Source: Phoronis australis (lineage: Eukaryota; Animalia; Phoronida). From it: a stretch of 64,000 nucleotides of DNA. Positions 63,958 to 64,000 of the stretch are shown one piece after another. The stretch's first letter is position 1. Each line of letters begins with the position of its first letter. The DNA is taken from contig NMRA01000240.1 in NCBI GenBank assembly GCA_002633005.1, positions 507,533 through 571,532 on the forward strand, read 5' to 3'. The notes beneath the pieces were generated by a model. The model saw only the letters and a program-made list of their open reading frames with translations, did not search any database and was not told the DNA's origin. Made by a program: the position numbers and the translations under genes.

Positions 63958-64000
63958 GTAAGTTTTTAGCAATCAGTTTCTATCAACATCGTTCGGTGAT

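Overview
This is eukaryotic (animal) genomic DNA, AT-rich and repeat-dense, with GT-AG spliceosomal introns, a 219-N scaffold gap and no prokaryotic operon or CRISPR structure. It is probably from a marine invertebrate; this is an inference from gene and transposon content and the species cannot be fixed. Four spliced host genes can be rebuilt by hand with phase-consistent splice sites. (1) A two-exon trunk/PTTH/Noggin-family secreted cystine-knot ligand on the minus strand (8145-8885, 205 aa). (2) A two-exon FAM210B/DUF1279-like mitochondrial membrane protein on the plus strand (32004-33460, 242 aa). (3) An unnamed single-pass membrane protein on the minus strand (36986-43662, at least 441 aa) with juxtamembrane cysteines and a long disordered tail carrying SH2-type tyrosine motifs. 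(4) The 5' part of an unnamed signal-peptide protein with a 25-nt micro-exon on the plus strand (from 57615, running off the window). The largest element is a ~6.8-kb decayed Academ (AcademX-type) DNA transposon (18317-25149) with ~470-bp TIRs and an AAA target duplication, whose left end is split by a MITE. Other mobile DNA includes Kolobok-type TTAA elements (one with a THAP remnant), a set of hAT-like elements with 5-bp TSDs, a P-like insertion whose empty site is present elsewhere in the window, Harbinger-type MITEs, a Helentron/HINE-like satellite-bearing element with an oriented array of CTCF-like motifs, LINE/Gypsy/SINE fragments and several minisatellites. No clearly new biological system is demonstrable from sequence alone. 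The best leads are the adaptor-like membrane protein, the trunk-like ligand and the repeat-borne CTCF-like array.
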